The translations under genes were made by a program, and so were the position numbers. Under the pieces are notes generated by a model that had not been told where the DNA came from, did no database searches, and saw nothing but the letters and a program-made list of their open reading frames with translations. From NCBI RefSeq assembly GCF_001194135.2, contig NC_068981.1, forward strand, positions 117,138,088-117,175,412: DNA of 37,325 nt, given 5' to 3'. The stretch is from Octopus bimaculoides (lineage: Eukaryota). Below, piece by piece: positions 35,367 to 37,325 of the stretch. Position 1 is the stretch's first letter. Every line of letters starts with the position of its first letter.

Positions 35367-35576
35367 TACGAAGGTGTGCTGAAAAGTTCCTGGCTGTAAG
35401 GGTATCGCGAAAGGCCTGGTTGGAGACCTAAGCATCATAGTTCTTTTACAGAGCTTTGAAAAACTGTTGGGCCGCTGCAATAAGTGTGAGGGGAATATTT
35501 TGAGTAAAATCATAATTAACTGATCCGCCTTTATTTTCTTTTACCCAAAGCCCGGGACTTTTCAGCACTCCTCGTA
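35367..35576 (+). mobile_element. Mariner-derived MITE (~210 bp)
   Basis: TA target sites at both ends. TIRs TAcgaaggtgtgctgaaaagttcctggct / agcccgggacttttcagcactcctcgTA. Internal remnant FEKLLGRCNKC..YFE* resembles a mariner C-terminus. Confidence 0.9.
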
Positions 35577-36641
35577 TATATAATAAACACACATGCACAT
35601 ATATATATATACCTAACGAATATTTATATATGATATTTATTAGGTATATGTATATATTTATGTACACACATGCGCATATATGTATATATGTGAGTATGTA
35701 TGGTGTATGTAAGTTTGTATATATATGTATGCGTACACACGCACACCCATATTTGTTAACAAGAAATTGTGTTTTAGAAAGACTAAAAAATACAGAAATA
35801 AGGGTGCGTAGAGTAAAAATAACAACGAATTGATCCATCAACTCTTGACTGGATAGCAAAGAGTACATATTTAGACACTCCTGCATAGAAACAGGAAAGC
35901 GTTAGCTGTCTGCTATAGCCAATTGCTTGTTGAAACTGTTATAGTCGTCATTACAATGATCGGTATACGCCACTGTACAGCAACATATTGTGTTGCTTAA
36001 TACGCATCTACACCTGATAGTCATATTTTTCACCAGCTGACATAACAAACAGAAGAAGATAAAATAAAAAGAAACAAAAGAAAATGTCTGATTTTTTGTA
36101 TAAAGCTCACCTTATATATGATATATGATTGTATATTAACATATGCATATAAACATATGCATATACGCAAGGGAGGGGAGTGAGTTATATGCAGATGCAT
36201 GTGTGACATTCGCTATTTGTGAATGCCTCATTAGCTTCATGATATACAAGGGCGAAAAAATCTGTAGGCGCGTGGCGCATATCAGCCGTGAGAGTGCCAT
36301 TCTAATAATATTTATGATACTGCACTCATGATAAGAAGTTTCTTTCTAGTTGAGCATTTTGCTGTAATAAATGTACTTTGGGATGAATATGTCCTACTAA
36401 ATCATTTACATACACATATGCATGCATGCATACGAACACACCCTTGCATATATATTCACACATATTGAGATATATTAAATGTATCAAACTGTCACCGATG
36501 CTTTTACATCTATTTTCATATTCGAATTATGCTGCATGTTTATGTGCGTGTGTGTATGTGAGTGCACGTATATATACTCACATAAATATGCAAATATATG
36601 CGTTAATATATGCATCTATACATACACACACAACACACACA

Positions 36642-36680
<39 letters not shown>

Positions 36681-36794
36681 ATCACTCCATAACACGTGTT
36701 TCTGAAAAGTTGAGCAACTAAATCGCTTACACAAAATAAGAAAATTTGATTCCAAAACGGTCATTTGCTTGATTGTATACTCTTTCTCCTTCTC

Positions 36795-36825
<31 letters not shown>

Positions 36826-37125
36826 CACACACACAATCACACACACATACACACATATGTATGTATATATGTATGTGTGTATGTGTGTTTGTGTGTGTAT
36901 GTGCGTTTGTGGGCGTGTGTGTGCGCGTGTATACATACGTAACATGTCAACTTTAGAGAAATTCTCGATCCTTGAGTTTATCTCCCCTTCTCATATGAAG
37001 CTGTTCTCAATTGCCATTTGTTGATCAAGATGCACCAGCCACAGGAACAAATAATATAAATAAATTGACCATTAATGCTGATAGAAATTGATGTGTATAT
37101 ATGTGTGTGTGCGTGTGTGTGTGTG

Positions 37126-37172
<47 letters not shown>

Positions 37173-37240
37173 ATATTAACAGAATGAGATTTAAAAAATC
37201 CAAGGCTGTGAATAGTTTTCAGAACATTTATAAAGAGAAA

Positions 37241-37290
37241 GTTTTACATCTGTTTCCGGGATATTTTATATATCCCTTCATCAGAGACGG
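37241..37290 (-). ncRNA. Slightly degenerate hammerhead motif
   Basis: Minus strand GTCT-CTGATGA-A-GGGATAT-ataaa-ATATCCC-G-GAAA-CAGATG-TA-AAAC: intact core and 7-bp stem II. ACAGATGT is one change from the palindrome ACAGCTGT seen at 6952-6959. Stem I 3/4. Confidence 0.55.
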
Positions 37291-37325
37291 TACGAGAAAA
37301 TGTTTAAGTAATAGTTATTATGGAG

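Overview
AT-rich, microsatellite-dense, gapped animal genomic DNA, most likely octopus (inferred from recalled Octopus-type SINE families, not from a database search). No host protein-coding gene could be supported: nearly all ORFs in the track are translated simple repeats or run through N gaps. Recognisable content is decayed mobile DNA: a Helitron Rep/helicase fragment, a Penelope-like (PLE) GIY-YIG endonuclease 3' end, an R4/Dong-type RLE LINE 3' end, an internally deleted mariner, a mariner MITE, and about 18 copies or fragments of three tRNA-derived SINE families. Less ordinary features are (i) two well-formed and up to four degenerate type I hammerhead ribozyme motifs of the PLE kind with a palindromic stem III, one inside a ~270-nt multi-hairpin element and one directly downstream of the PLE ORF; (ii) a 5S rRNA-headed retroposon carrying the 3' tail of the main tRNA-SINE (SINE3 candidate); and (iii) a dispersed rDNA fragment (putative ITS1 plus the 5' end of 5.8S). 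All structures and alignments were read by eye, so repeat boundaries are approximate.
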